From: an uncultured Armatimonadaceae bacterium
GTDB taxonomy: Bacteria; Armatimonadota; Armatimonadia; Armatimonadales; Armatimonadaceae
Reading direction: 5' to 3'
NCBI GenBank assembly: GCA_964252165.1
Contig: CAXUMS010000014.1
Location: forward strand, 1 to 39,323
Length of the DNA stretch: 39,323 nucleotides
The notes beneath the pieces are model-generated. The model did not search any database and was not told the origin of the DNA. It saw only the letters and a list, made by a program, of their open reading frames with translations. The translations under genes and the position numbers were made by a program. Positions 1 to 9,886 of this stretch are shown one piece after another (position 1 is the stretch's first letter; the number at the start of each line of letters is the position of its first letter).

Positions 1-1285
1 TAAAGGTGTCGTTACCGGCGCGTGCGAGCGGTCCCGCCGACGCCAACTCGAACGCGTTTTCATTTATCCTCTTGTAGATAAGCGGCTTGCGCGTGAACGG
101 GTCGCGGATAAAATCGTCTTTGAGCGCAAGGTCGGCGAGCGTTTCCGGCAGGCGGTTCTGTTCCCAGCGGAACCGGTACAGCGCGGCCATCACACCCACA
201 AGCCGCGTTTGCGTCCGCGCCACCTGGAACTGCTCGCTTGTCCACGCCTCGTACGATTGATACATCTGCGCGACCTGATACGCCGGGGTGGAGCGCGCGG
301 CGGGGGCGGGCGGCGAGGCGGGCGCAAGCGACGGGTCTTGAAGATCCGCAACCATGCGCGAAACCATACCGGCGAAATAGCCTTCCACTTTGTCCGCGAA
401 AGCGTCGCGCGCCGCCGCATCGTTCCCCATCGCGCGAAGGCTTGCGGCGACCGCCCGCGCCTTGCGTTGTTCGTCGTCGTCGCCTTGCTCGGCGCGGCGT
501 TGCGCCCACGCCAGCGGGTCGCGCCGCAGGTCCCGCATCACGTCCGCAAATTCGCGCTCGTTCGCTCTTTTTCGCGTTTCGATAGCCGGGTCGGGCTGCG
601 CGAGGTACGTGCGGACAAAAGCGACGACTCGGTCGCAGTCGCGGGCGGACAGCGTTTCCATGCGCCGCGAGAACGGCACGGTCACGATACCGTCCAGCGC
701 CGCGCCGGTAAGCGCGCCGAACGAAACGCCGCTTTTCGCCAGATTGCCCATCCGCAGCCCATCGAGCCACGAATCCACGGCCTGCGGGGTTTTGCCGTCC
801 GCGAAGAAGACGTACTGCTCCACGATCAGCAAGCGAGCCACAGCCCGCAACCGGGTATAGAAATTCCCCGCCTGCGCGCCGCCCATATACTCTCCCTCGT
901 TGAACGGCGACTGCGAAAGTTCGCGGTTCACGCCCCGATGCACAAGCGCAAGCGTTCGTTGCGCCTCCGGTAGCGCAAGAACAGTGCGTTTTTGCGTCAG
1001 CGTCGCGTTCCGCCCGGTCGCATCGGGAAGCCCGTTGATGGCGTCGGCGGCCCGTGCTAAATCCTCATAGCCGTTGTCGCCAGTCGGGTGTGGGAACATC
1101 TTGGCGAACAAGTTTGACGGCGGTAGCGGCGGGAGTTCGACATTCGGCGGCGGCGGGGCCGCCGTAGCGGGCGGATCGTCAAGCGGTTCGGCGGCGTAGC
1201 CTGTCGCGAATCCTGCAACCGGTAGAGCGGCGACAAGGCCGCAGAAATGGCGGCGCGAAATGAAGGTCTGTTGGCGGTTGGTCAT
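1..1285 (-). CDS. Tat-signal secreted hypothetical protein (paralog A); 3' end runs off the window start
   Basis: ATG at 1283-1285 (minus). N-terminus MTNRQQTFISRRHFCGLVAALPVAGFA carries a twin-arginine motif. The frame stays open to the window edge. It is collinear and similar to the downstream paralog: both have FPHPxGxNGYEDxARA and the conserved TLTQKRxxLALPEAQ block. The ORF track is silent here only because no stop codon lies inside the window. Confidence 0.5.
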   Translation of the reverse strand, partial: MTNRQQTFISRRHFCGLVAALPVAGFATGYAAEPLDDPPATAAPPPPNVELPPLPPSNLFAKMFPHPTGDNGYEDLARAADAINGLPDATGRNATLTQKRTVLALPEAQRTLALVHRGVNRELSQSPFNEGEYMGGAQAGNFYTRLRAVARLLIVEQYVFFADGKTPQAVDSWLDGLRMGNLAKSGVSFGALTGAALDGIVTVPFSRRMETLSARDCDRVVAFVRTYLAQPDPAIETRKRANEREFADVMRDLRRDPLAWAQRRAEQGDDDEQRKARAVAASLRAMGNDAAARDAFADKVEGYFAGMVSRMVADLQDPSLAPASPPAPAARSTPAYQVAQMYQSYEAWTSEQFQVARTQTRLVGVMAALYRFRWEQNRLPETLADLALKDDFIRDPFTRKPLIYKRINENAFELASAGPLARAGNDTF

Positions 1286-1371
1286 AGCGGGAAAACAACA
1301 GGTAAAAGCGACAATCGCCAGGAAAACAGCATTATCAACACTTGGACACGCAGAACGCTCCAACGGTTACG

Positions 1372-2671
1372 CTACGGCGTAATCTCCACCGGCGTTCGTT
1401 TTCCCTTTGAAACGATGTTGCCGTAGCGGTCGCGCGGAAGCGACCCGGCGCTCGACAGGGTGAAACTCCATTCGTCCGCGTCGCGGGCGTACGTGAGCGG
1501 GCCGCCGGTGAACGGGTCGCGTTCCAGTCCGCTTTTAAGGCCGAGCGTCTCCAGGCTTTCGGGCGCGCGTCCGGTTTCCCAGCGATAGCGGCGAAGGGCG
1601 GCATGGACGCCCAAAAGTTGCAGGCGCGTTCGCGCGACCTGATGGGCGCGCACGGTTTTCCCGTAACTCGCGACCAGACTGAACGCCCAACCAAAACCGC
1701 AGTAGAAACGCTCACGACGAAGCGCAGGAACGGAAAAGAACGGCGCCGTCCGCGATGGGTCGTGCAGGTCGGCAACCGCATTGCTCATCGCGGCATTTAT
1801 GCGCGCCTCGATCTCGTCTGCGACCGCGCTTCGCGCCGCATCGTCGCGCTTCAGCAGGGCGAACTTCCGCATCACAGCTTCTCCCTCGGCGTCAGTGAAA
1901 GCGTCGCCCGCGTTCGATCCGGTATTGTCTTCCTCATCCCCCGCGCCGACGTTCAGGTTTGACGCGGCGACGTTGGCGGAAAACGCCTCCACACTGCGGC
2001 GCAACGCGTCCACGAAATCGCGCGTGAGCGCGTCGCGTTCGGCCTCGAAAGTTATGGCGGAAGCGTTTGGGGCGGCAAGCCGGGTAGAGACGAGACGTGT
2101 GAGACGCTCGCACGAGCGGGCGGACAGTTGGTCTAAATGATTTGCGACAACGTCGGTCGCCCGCTTTTGACCGTTCACAACGGTTAGCGCGCCGTAAGGC
2201 CCCAAAGCGGTGATAGCGTCGGTGAGCCGAAGCGCGGTTTCCAAAGAATCAAGCGCCCCGCTTTGCTTGCCATCAGCGAGCAGTACGTACTGCTCGACCG
2301 CTAAAAGGCGCGAAAGGGCATGGATGGGCGCGAGATACGTGAAGGTCGTTCCGACGCTATAGGCCGGGAAGGATGGCGATTGAACAACCCGGCGACTCAA
2401 GCCCGCCCGCAGAAGCGTCAATGCTTGTTGCGCCTCCGGGAGAGCGAGCGTCGCACGTTTCTGCGTCAGCGTTCTTTTCCCCCCCTATATCCACTGTCCC
2501 GCTCTGGTACACGAGGTCGCCCGCGCGAGCTACGTCCTCGTATCCGTTTTCCCCGTTAGGATGGGGAAACAATGAATCGAAAACCGGTGGGCGTTCATTC
2601 TGTGCGCGGCGAGCGTTCGCAAGCGCCGGAAATAATGGGCTGAAAAAGTCGCGGCGGGTAAGCAAGGCCAT
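1372..2671 (-). pseudogene. Tat-signal secreted hypothetical protein (paralog B), frame broken by a +1 in a C7 homopolymer (plus 2479-2485)
   Basis: Track ORFs 2357..2671 (MALLTRRDFFSPLF..., Tat motif) and 1372..2421 are two halves of one gene. Upstream frame reads ...TVDIGGEKNADAE, downstream frame reads GGKRTLTQKRATLALPEAQ. Removing one G from the minus-strand G7 run joins them into a sequence collinear with paralog A. This could be a real pseudogene, a phase-variable tract, or a homopolymer sequencing error. Confidence 0.5.
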
Positions 2672-2761
2672 AGCAAAAAACGTTCTGCTATTGACAACGC
2701 CTGCATAGGCTTCCTGGTTACGTTTACTATTGTCCGTGTCGCGTGAATGAGCTTCTGTTCG

Positions 2762-4291
2762 TTATTTTCCGAGTACAACCCGAAGCGGAAGTATAATTGC
2801 GGAAACCAAATCCATCGCGGTAAAACGCGCATGATACAGCGTGATAATCATCAACGGCGCGACAATAACCGCGTTGGTAAAAACGCCTTTGTTTAGCGCA
2901 AACTTTGCAGTGGCCGATTGCCCACGTCCGTTTGGGCGCGCCGCAACAACGCGCACGGCGTGAATCAACCAAAACGCTAACGCAACCGTACTTAAAATAT
3001 TAATAAGAAGAAGCGAATCTTGCTGTGACCCTGCAAACGCCCGAGCGATGAAACCAAATAGGAGACGTGACATATGGGCCTCCATAACCAAAAAGGCAGT
3101 GACAAAGGCTAATACTCGAAGGGCGAAAGGTTGTGAGAACAGCGAATGGAACGCCTCCCTTCTCGCTGGTTTCGCTCCCGCTTCTATGCTTAAAGAGCGG
3201 CCTTCGCTTTCGCTCTTCGGTGAAGCGCGTTCGGGTGACGGTTTCATTTCCAATACGGGCTTTTCCACAAACCGCCAACTCAAATAAGCGAAAGGCAGAA
3301 CAAGCGCGAAAGCCATCAAGAAGAAAGCGTAAGGGTTTAGATTGTGAGCAAGGCGAACCTGAATAAGTTGCTGGATTGGAAAAGCGTAAAGGTAGATGCC
3401 ATAGGAGAAATCGCCGTACTTGGCCCAACCGCTCACCCTTAACTTCGGGTTAAAGCAACCGTAGAGAAGAAGGTACGTTCCTGCAAACGGCAGGAGGATG
3501 TTTAGGTAGCGCCCGAGCAAGCAAGCGCCGATGAGAAGGGCGGCGCACGCCGCCGCGACTATAGGTGAATAAACCAGGCGCGAGCGTAAATAGTAGAACG
3601 ATGCGCCCGCAAGAAAAAAACAAAATTGGCGTGCGTACGAATTGTCGGTTTTCAGGAAAAACGATAGGTAGCACAAGCCAAACAGCGCAAAGACAGCGAA
3701 GCCGCTACGCTTCAAGAGTCGCAAAACGCCTAAAAGGGCAATGAGAATATAGCAACGAAACTCACGGGGGATGGTCCAAAGAGATCCGTTAATCTTGTCG
3801 AACTGCGTGTACGCGGAACTGATGTTCTGGTTAAAGTCAAAAACGGCGACGTTTGAAAGATCAGCCCATGCCTTAGTCCATGATAGCGAGTGAAATCCTG
3901 CGCTTGTCACCAACGGCATGAACACAAAAATACACAACACGGCATTGACCAGAAAGCCGGGGAGAATCCTCAAACAACGGTTGAAAAAGAACGTCCAAAA
4001 GTCCTCGTTTCTGAGCCAACTATGGGTTATTAAGAACCCGCTGATGCAGAAAAACGCATCCACCGCTAATCCCGCGAACGTGTGTTGCCCGTGACTGAAT
4101 AGGACTAACGCTTCGGTTGCATAGCCGGTGTTTTCACCATATAAGAGCGGATAGCAATGCGAATAAATAACAAGCGAGGCAAACACAAAGCGGAAAAAGT
4201 CAAAGTTGTTAGGAACATGTCGGCTTAGTTGCCAAGCCGTTGGGGACGCTACCGATACCGGAACGATCTCCGCCTCAGTCATGTCAGTCAT
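2762..4291 (-). CDS. acyltransferase family 3 (OafA/OpgC-like) polytopic membrane protein
   Basis: 509 aa with about 10 predicted TM helices. N-terminal FRFVFASLVIYSHCYPL block is typical of acyltransferase-3 proteins. Extra C-terminal TM region. Its start overlaps the DUF192 stop. Confidence 0.7.
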   Translation of the reverse strand: MTDMTEAEIVPVSVASPTAWQLSRHVPNNFDFFRFVFASLVIYSHCYPLLYGENTGYATEALVLFSHGQHTFAGLAVDAFFCISGFLITHSWLRNEDFWTFFFNRCLRILPGFLVNAVLCIFVFMPLVTSAGFHSLSWTKAWADLSNVAVFDFNQNISSAYTQFDKINGSLWTIPREFRCYILIALLGVLRLLKRSGFAVFALFGLCYLSFFLKTDNSYARQFCFFLAGASFYYLRSRLVYSPIVAAACAALLIGACLLGRYLNILLPFAGTYLLLYGCFNPKLRVSGWAKYGDFSYGIYLYAFPIQQLIQVRLAHNLNPYAFFLMAFALVLPFAYLSWRFVEKPVLEMKPSPERASPKSESEGRSLSIEAGAKPARREAFHSLFSQPFALRVLAFVTAFLVMEAHMSRLLFGFIARAFAGSQQDSLLLINILSTVALAFWLIHAVRVVAARPNGRGQSATAKFALNKGVFTNAVIVAPLMIITLYHARFTAMDLVSAIILPLRVVLGK

Positions 4292-4823
4292 GCGCGGTGA
4301 CGCCTTCCGGGAGGATAACCGCTTGGCCGACCGCGATCCCGCGCGCGGCGAGCGTTCCCTGCTTCACTTCAAGCGCGTACTGGGCGTCGCCGTCGCTGCC
4401 GACAATGGTTTCATCGAACGGCTTCAACTGCTTGATACTGATAATGCGCCGGTCGGCCCCGATAAACGCGATGTCAAGGGCGAGACTGGTGTTCTTCTCG
4501 TAAAAGCCGCGACCGCGCGCGTCCTGAAACACGAACAACATCCCCTCGTCGCTTTTCACCTCGCTATCTCCGACAAACATGAAGCCCTCGGCGCGCTTGG
4601 CTTCCGTGTCCATGATCCACGTCTGGAACGTCGCGCCGTTGATGGTCACCGGCTTTTTTTCCAGCGAGCCGAGCGCGAACGTGCGTTGCGACAGGAGCGA
4701 CGGGGAACCTTTGTCGCCCCCGCCGCCGCACCCGGCAAGGATCGGCGAAACGGCAAGCGAAACCAGAACGACGACCGCAAGCGCGAAGCCGCGTCGCGCC
4801 GGGCGACAAGCGCGATTTATCAC
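4284..4823 (-). CDS. DUF192 (COG1430) family lipoprotein
   Basis: 179 aa. Lipobox LAGC after a hydrophobic signal. DUF192-like core (GMLFVF...LDIAFI...). 4-nt overlap with the upstream oxidoreductase gene. Confidence 0.55.
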   Translation of the reverse strand: MINRACRPARRGFALAVVVLVSLAVSPILAGCGGGGDKGSPSLLSQRTFALGSLEKKPVTINGATFQTWIMDTEAKRAEGFMFVGDSEVKSDEGMLFVFQDARGRGFYEKNTSLALDIAFIGADRRIISIKQLKPFDETIVGSDGDAQYALEVKQGTLAARGIAVGQAVILPEGVTAHD

Positions 4824-5848
4824 GGTGTCACCGCGACGCGCTTGCCGGTTTGCGCGGATTCTATCGCGGCGAAAACCATCGCGAGGCTTTTGATGTTATC
4901 GTGGCATTCGCCCATCGGGGTTTCGCCGGTTTCAAGGGCATGGAGAAAATCGCGCAAACTGCCCGCAATTCCGCCCGGCACGTCCTTTTCCGCTTCCTCG
5001 GTTACGGCTTCCACGGGAGAATGAAAGCCTTTGCGCTCGGTGACAATATCAGCGACCGGAGCGGATTGCACGCCATCCCACGTCGCGGTTCCGTTCGGTC
5101 CCGCCGCGCGCCATTCGCACTCCCACGACGTTTGCCGCCCTTCAGCGCACCACGAACCGTTGTAAACGTAGCGCAAGCCGCCGGTCATCTCGAACAGCGC
5201 GGTCGCCGACGACGCCCCCTTGTACCACGACCACGACGGGTTAAACTCCTCGCAGTATACGCTCACCGGGTCCGCGCCGGACAGGTACCGCGCGGCATCG
5301 AACGTGTGTATCGCCATGTCGAGAAGCAAAACATGGTCCATCTCGTCGCGGAACCCGCCGAAGTGCGCGCCGATATAAAAGTCCGAGTTCAAAATCCCCA
5401 GCGCGCCCACGCGACCTTCGATCAGACGGCGGAACGTATGAAGACGCGCATCGTAGCGGCGGCTCTGGCTCACCATGTACAGCGTGTTCGCCCGCTCGGA
5501 TGCGGCCACCATCTCGCGCGCCGCCTCCATCGAGTCCGCCATCGGTTTCTCGCCGAGAACGGGAATACCGGCGGCAAGAGCGGCAAGCGTGACATCGTGG
5601 TGCGCCTCGGGAATGGTCACATCCACCACAAAATCCGGTTTAACAACGGCTATCGCCCGCGCCAAATCCGTGTCCGCGTGAACGTCCGGAGCATTCAACT
5701 CTTCCGCCGCCGTCGCCGCCGCGCCCTCGCGAATGTCCACCCAACCCGCAAGGTCCACGCGGTCGCTGTGCGCGAGGAGATTCTTCCCCCACGCCTTGCC
5801 CATACCGCCCGCCCCGACCAGCAAAGCCTTGTGTTTCTTGTCCGCCAT
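4820..5848 (-). CDS. Gfo/Idh/MocA family NAD(P)-dependent oxidoreductase
   Basis: 342 aa. N-terminal Rossmann motif LLVGAGGMGKAW. Family-typical EKPMA and C-terminal alpha/beta domain. Confidence 0.8.
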   Translation of the reverse strand: MADKKHKALLVGAGGMGKAWGKNLLAHSDRVDLAGWVDIREGAAATAAEELNAPDVHADTDLARAIAVVKPDFVVDVTIPEAHHDVTLAALAAGIPVLGEKPMADSMEAAREMVAASERANTLYMVSQSRRYDARLHTFRRLIEGRVGALGILNSDFYIGAHFGGFRDEMDHVLLLDMAIHTFDAARYLSGADPVSVYCEEFNPSWSWYKGASSATALFEMTGGLRYVYNGSWCAEGRQTSWECEWRAAGPNGTATWDGVQSAPVADIVTERKGFHSPVEAVTEEAEKDVPGGIAGSLRDFLHALETGETPMGECHDNIKSLAMVFAAIESAQTGKRVAVTP

Positions 5849-5866
5849 AACTATTACCGTTTCACC

Positions 5867-6202
5867 TCAGTGATTGCCGCCACTGCCGCCCAGGTTTAAC
5901 CCGATCACGCCAAGAATTATCAAGCCTATGGAGATAAGCTTAACCGCCGTCATCGGCTCGCGAAAGTACAAAACGCCGATAGTGGTGATAAGCGCGGTTC
6001 CCAAGCCCGACCAGATCGCATACGTCATGCTGATCGGGATACGCTTGGTCGTCATGGTCATCGCCGCGATACTGACAAGGTACAAGACCATCGTCAAAAC
6101 CGACGGAACGGGCTTTTTGAAGCCCTCGGAAAGCTTCATACAGACCGTTCCGCCGACCTCGGAAAGAATCGCGAAAAGGAGCCACGCCCACGCCGTCGCC
6201 AT
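5867..6202 (-). CDS. SMR family small multidrug-resistance transporter (EmrE/QacE-like)
   Basis: 111 aa with 4 TM helices. Conserved membrane-embedded Glu in LSEVGGTVCMKLSEGF. Family-typical length. Confidence 0.8.
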   Translation of the reverse strand: MATAWAWLLFAILSEVGGTVCMKLSEGFKKPVPSVLTMVLYLVSIAAMTMTTKRIPISMTYAIWSGLGTALITTIGVLYFREPMTAVKLISIGLIILGVIGLNLGGSGGNH

Positions 6203-6224
6203 AGTATCGCAACCCCTTTCCGTT

Positions 6225-6980
6225 CTACTCCGCGGGCTTGTCGAACCAACCCATTTTGGAGTTGGGACAGCGCACGGTTTCGTACTGCGGCTTCGGTTCC
6301 TGGTACGCCCACGAAACGCCGTTCGCGATTACCTTGCGGATCTCGGCCTGATAATACACCGGATGGGTTTCGTGGCCCGGACTGAAGTAAAAGATGCGCC
6401 CCTGCCCCCTCGTGAAACAACACCCGGACCGGAACACCTCACCACCCGCAAACGAACTGATAAAAACAAGGGCGTCCGGCTGGGGAATATCGAAGAACTC
6501 GCCGTACATTTCCTGCTCCGGGACCGTAAATACCTGCGGCACGCCTTGCGCGATGGCATGGCCGGGATTGACGCACCACACGACCTCGCGCTCGTTGGCC
6601 TCGCGGTACCGTAGTCCGCACGTAGTTCCCATCAATTTGACGAAGATTTTCGAGTAGTGGGCGGAGTGCAACACCAAAAGCCCCATGCCGGACAGAACGC
6701 GGGTGTGAACCTTTTGCACAACGGCGTCGTCCACCAGCGAATGCCCCATATGCCCCCACCAGGTCAGTACATCGGTGTCGGCTAAAACCGCGTCGGTCAG
6801 CCCATGTTCCGGCTCGTCCAGGGTCGCCGTACGAACCACAACATTCTCGCCCAACTGCTCGCGGATACCGTCCGCGATAACGGTGTGCATGCCGTTCGGA
6901 TAAATCGCCTTTACCGCGTCGTGATGCTGTTCATGCAGATTCTCGCCCCAAACCGTGACGCGAATCGGATTTGTCGCCAT
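6225..6980 (-). CDS. ThuA-like (trehalose utilization) glutamine-amidotransferase-like protein
   Basis: 251 aa. Motifs VRTATLDEPEHGLT, WWGHMGH, LVLHSAHYSKIF and LMGTTCGLRYREA match the ThuA family. Confidence 0.8.
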   Translation of the reverse strand: MATNPIRVTVWGENLHEQHHDAVKAIYPNGMHTVIADGIREQLGENVVVRTATLDEPEHGLTDAVLADTDVLTWWGHMGHSLVDDAVVQKVHTRVLSGMGLLVLHSAHYSKIFVKLMGTTCGLRYREANEREVVWCVNPGHAIAQGVPQVFTVPEQEMYGEFFDIPQPDALVFISSFAGGEVFRSGCCFTRGQGRIFYFSPGHETHPVYYQAEIRKVIANGVSWAYQEPKPQYETVRCPNSKMGWFDKPAE

Positions 6981-7110
6981 ACCAAACTCCTTATCCCTAT
7001 ATCAACACAAGATTACCCTAACGTATTCGCTCCGCCGCCCTCTATGTCCTTTGCCTGTGTTGATGGGGGGCGGTAGCGGGTATCTTCGGCGTGGAGGATT
7101 GTATAAATTT

Positions 7111-7575
7111 ATGACAGTTTTGGATATTATGGCGAAGAGTCCGGCGATTGCGACGATGGAAACGCCGATTAGCGAGATAGCGCGGATGATGGCGGAGCAG
7201 GACTGCGGCGCGATCCCCGTGGTGGAGAGCAAGGACGCGCCCAAGCCCGTTGGCATTATTACCGACCGCGATATTGTGGTGCGACTGGTTTCCGAGGGGA
7301 AGAACCCGTTGGAGTCGGTTGCGCGCGACGCGATGACGAACGGCGTCGCGACCGTTTCGCCGGGCATGAGTTTGGAGGTCGCGGCGAACGTGATGGAGCA
7401 AAATCAGGTGCGCCGTGTGCCGGTGGTGGACGACAACGGAAGCGTCATCGGGATTGTTTCGCAAGCCGACATCGCGCTGAACGCGCCGGATCAGACCGCC
7501 GAGCTGCTCCGCGAGGTTTCCGAGGACGAGGACCTTGCCAGCGGCGAGCCTATCAGCGGCTCGTATAGCGGATAG
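7111..7575 (+). CDS. CBS-domain pair protein
   Basis: ATG at 7111 preceded by GGAGGA at 7094-7099. Two CBS repeats (IPVVESKD...GIITDRDIV and VPVVDDNGSVIGIVSQADI). The track ORF starting at 6955 includes a spurious leader. Confidence 0.8.
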   Translation: MTVLDIMAKSPAIATMETPISEIARMMAEQDCGAIPVVESKDAPKPVGIITDRDIVVRLVSEGKNPLESVARDAMTNGVATVSPGMSLEVAANVMEQNQVRRVPVVDDNGSVIGIVSQADIALNAPDQTAELLREVSEDEDLASGEPISGSYSG

Positions 7576-7594
7576 AAAACCGCTCCTATGGGAA

Positions 7595-7646
7595 GGAGCC
7601 GAACGAGAAATGAATTGTTTCTCGTTCGGCTCCTTCGGCTTTTTTT
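7595..7646 (+). terminator. Rho-independent terminator after the CBS gene
   Basis: Perfect 16-bp stem GGAGCCGAACGAGAAA / TTTCTCGTTCGGCTCC with a 6-nt loop, followed by TTCGGCTTTTTTT. Confidence 0.65.
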
Positions 7647-7704
7647 CGCTGAGGTTATTGTAAAGATTGTGTCGCTTGAAGGCTGAGTTCGCCGGGCGCA
7701 AGCC

Positions 7705-8317
7705 TTATGTACCCTTCAACCTACAGGACAAAAAGAACATCCCCGCCGTCCACCCGCCTACCGCATCCGAGAAGAAGTGCGCGCCGGTGTAGACGCGTGA
7801 CAAGCCGATAAGCGCGCCTATAACGGCGAGCGTAGCCGGTCCGGAAGCGACGGAGAGAACGGCTTTGTGTAGACGTGTAGCACAAGATTCCGAGAAAGCC
7901 AAAGAACATCACGGCGGTCATGACGTGACCGGGCGGGAATGATGTACCGCCTGCGGGCAATAAAACATCCACTACGTTGGCCTGGGGACGCGGACGATGA
8001 ATCAGCGCTTTGATGCCGAGGTTCAGCAGATGTCCGGAGATAGCGGCGACCGTCAATATCGCCGCGACCGGGCGACGCGTTATCAGAAGCCACAACAAAG
8101 TAGGCGCCGCGCAAATAGCGAGACCACCGCCGCTACCAAGCAGGGTTAGACCGATTGCGAGGCTTGTCAAAAGGGGATTTTCGCCGCACTGAACAAACCG
8201 CGTTAACGCGATGTCGGCGCGGAGTAATTCGGGCTGGTTCGCCAAAAGCGATAAAAGCGAAAACGCAAAGAACAAGCCCGCAATCCAAACAAGGGAGCGG
8301 TTTTGCCGCAGGCGCAC
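7705..8317 (-). pseudogene. PAP2-family phosphatase, frameshifted between motifs 2 and 3
   Basis: Frame A has KALIHRPRP (KX6RP) and FPPGHV (PSGH-like). Frame B (track ORF 7705..7902) has SRVYTGAHFFSD (SRX5HX3D). The frames switch near plus 7862-7892 around CTACACGTCTACAC. Start assumed at GTG 8315-8317; start confidence is low. Confidence 0.55.
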
Positions 8318-8477
8318 CCACCGCGTCCGACAAAGTTCCGCAACGTGTACGCGATGCTCGTTCCTCGGACGGCGCAAACGTTCGTCCTTTTGTTCTTTCA
8401 CGGATTGAACGCAACAAAGCCGGACGCGCAGTTCTGCGCATCCGGCTTTGTTCGCTTCGGTCATATTTACGTGCGCT

Positions 8478-8849
8478 TTACTGCCAGCCCGGATCGGTGA
8501 TCAGGTAGCGCGTTTGGTAATCTATGAACACACCCGCGAGGATTAACAGCCAGATAAAGCCCAGAGCCGCCCAGAGCCACGTGAGCTTGGTGCTACCTTT
8601 GACGTTCATAAAGATCAGAACGACAAGAGCGGCCTTGATAACGGCGATAACCAGCGCCACCATCAGGTTGATACCATGAATTGCGCCAATAATGGGAAGC
8701 CGCTGAAGGTCAATATAATACAGACCGACCGTGACGATCAAAAGGCCCATCAGCGCAAGATAAGTCAGGTAATAGTTGCGAGCGGGCGGATGATGCGAGT
8801 GCGAATCGCCCGCGCCGTCGGCGGTGTTTCCGTGAAGAATAGCGGACAT
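8478..8849 (-). CDS. ctaF: cytochrome c oxidase subunit IV (caa3-type, CtaF-like)
   Basis: 123 aa, three TM helices, lies directly after subunit III in the cox operon. Assignment is by size, topology and position. Confidence 0.55.
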   Translation of the reverse strand: MSAILHGNTADGAGDSHSHHPPARNYYLTYLALMGLLIVTVGLYYIDLQRLPIIGAIHGINLMVALVIAVIKAALVVLIFMNVKGSTKLTWLWAALGFIWLLILAGVFIDYQTRYLITDPGWQ

Positions 8850-8885
8850 GGTTTAGGTTGCTTATGTTTCGTTACGCGAGTTGGT

Positions 8886-9884
8886 TTACGAGATCAGGTA
8901 CATCAGAGGGAACAGGAAGATCCACACGATGTCCACGAAGTGCCAGTACAAGCCGATCATCTCAGTCGGCATGTAATCCACTACGATGGGGCTACGCCGA
9001 TGATACAGCGTCCACAGCGTAGCCATCATCAGGATTCCGATGATGATATGAACCGCGTGAAGGCCGGTCATGGCAAAATACAGGCTAAAGAACAGTTGCG
9101 CGCGGTTGGACTCGATGTTCTTAGTCGCTTGCTCGGGCGTTGTGGTTCCCAAAGCGACGCCGGATGCGCTCGTGACCGCCTGCGGATACCCGATAAACCC
9201 GGTTTCCGGCTGGGCGTACGAGATGCCCACCGTGCGCGGATTGATGCGCTCACCTTCGCCGCCGGTTTCGCCGGTTCGGACTTGGAGCGGGGCGGTTTGC
9301 ATCATGGACGAGGCGCCGCGCGCCGCCGCGCCGCCGTGTCCGCCCGCAGACTGTCCGGGTTCGGTTCTGCCGCCGTGATCGCCGCCATGACCGCCGCCAT
9401 GCTTGGCGTTTTCTTCTTTGGCGTACTCGAAGTTGAATGTCGGGCCGGGAAACAAGAGTTCGTCGAACTTGCTCTTGTACTCGATCGCCTTAACGCCCAG
9501 GAACACGAACGACAAAATCATCGTGAGCGCAAGCCAGTTCATCACGGACTTGCGCCGCCCGATCTGTGCGGCGTGAACCGCTAACGCCATCGCCAAACTA
9601 CTGGTCAGCAGAACGAAGGTGTTCAGCGTACCATACGGGATGGACAAGAACTGGTGGGCGTCGAGGTAGGTCGCCGTGTACAGAACGCGGTAGACGGAGT
9701 AGGCGAGGAACAGCGCGCCGAAGAACATAATCTCGGTGACGAGAAACGTCCACATCCCGACGACGTAGGCCTCGTTCTGCTGGTCCAAATCCTCGAACTG
9801 GTGTGACAACGGTTGAATCGCCCCGTCCGCATCGCGGTGCGCGGCGGCGCGGGGTTGATTCATCGCTATAGATCGTAGGCTCAT
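8886..9884 (-). CDS. ctaE: cytochrome c oxidase subunit III with ~100 aa His/Gly-rich insertion
   Basis: 332 aa. Subunit III-like helices (LAMALAVHAAQIG, FSLYFAMTGLHAVHIIIG). Low-complexity loop HGGGHGGDHGG...GGHGG at about 9098-9422. Confidence 0.8.
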   Translation of the reverse strand: MSLRSIAMNQPRAAAHRDADGAIQPLSHQFEDLDQQNEAYVVGMWTFLVTEIMFFGALFLAYSVYRVLYTATYLDAHQFLSIPYGTLNTFVLLTSSLAMALAVHAAQIGRRKSVMNWLALTMILSFVFLGVKAIEYKSKFDELLFPGPTFNFEYAKEENAKHGGGHGGDHGGRTEPGQSAGGHGGAAARGASSMMQTAPLQVRTGETGGEGERINPRTVGISYAQPETGFIGYPQAVTSASGVALGTTTPEQATKNIESNRAQLFFSLYFAMTGLHAVHIIIGILMMATLWTLYHRRSPIVVDYMPTEMIGLYWHFVDIVWIFLFPLMYLIS

Positions 9885-9886
9885 AC

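Noticed and set aside
60-973. Track ORFs 60..770(-), 190..420(-), 209..973(+), 238..585(+) and 390..860(+) with Arg/Pro-rich products
   Set aside because: Their composition is typical of off-frame translation of high-GC coding DNA. The real gene here is the Tat-secreted paralog read in the other minus frame, which is unlisted because it has no in-window stop.
6955-7110. Longer start (6955) for the CBS gene
   Set aside because: It overlaps the ThuA start region on the other strand. ATG 7111 has a GGAGGA RBS, and the CBS domains begin immediately after it.
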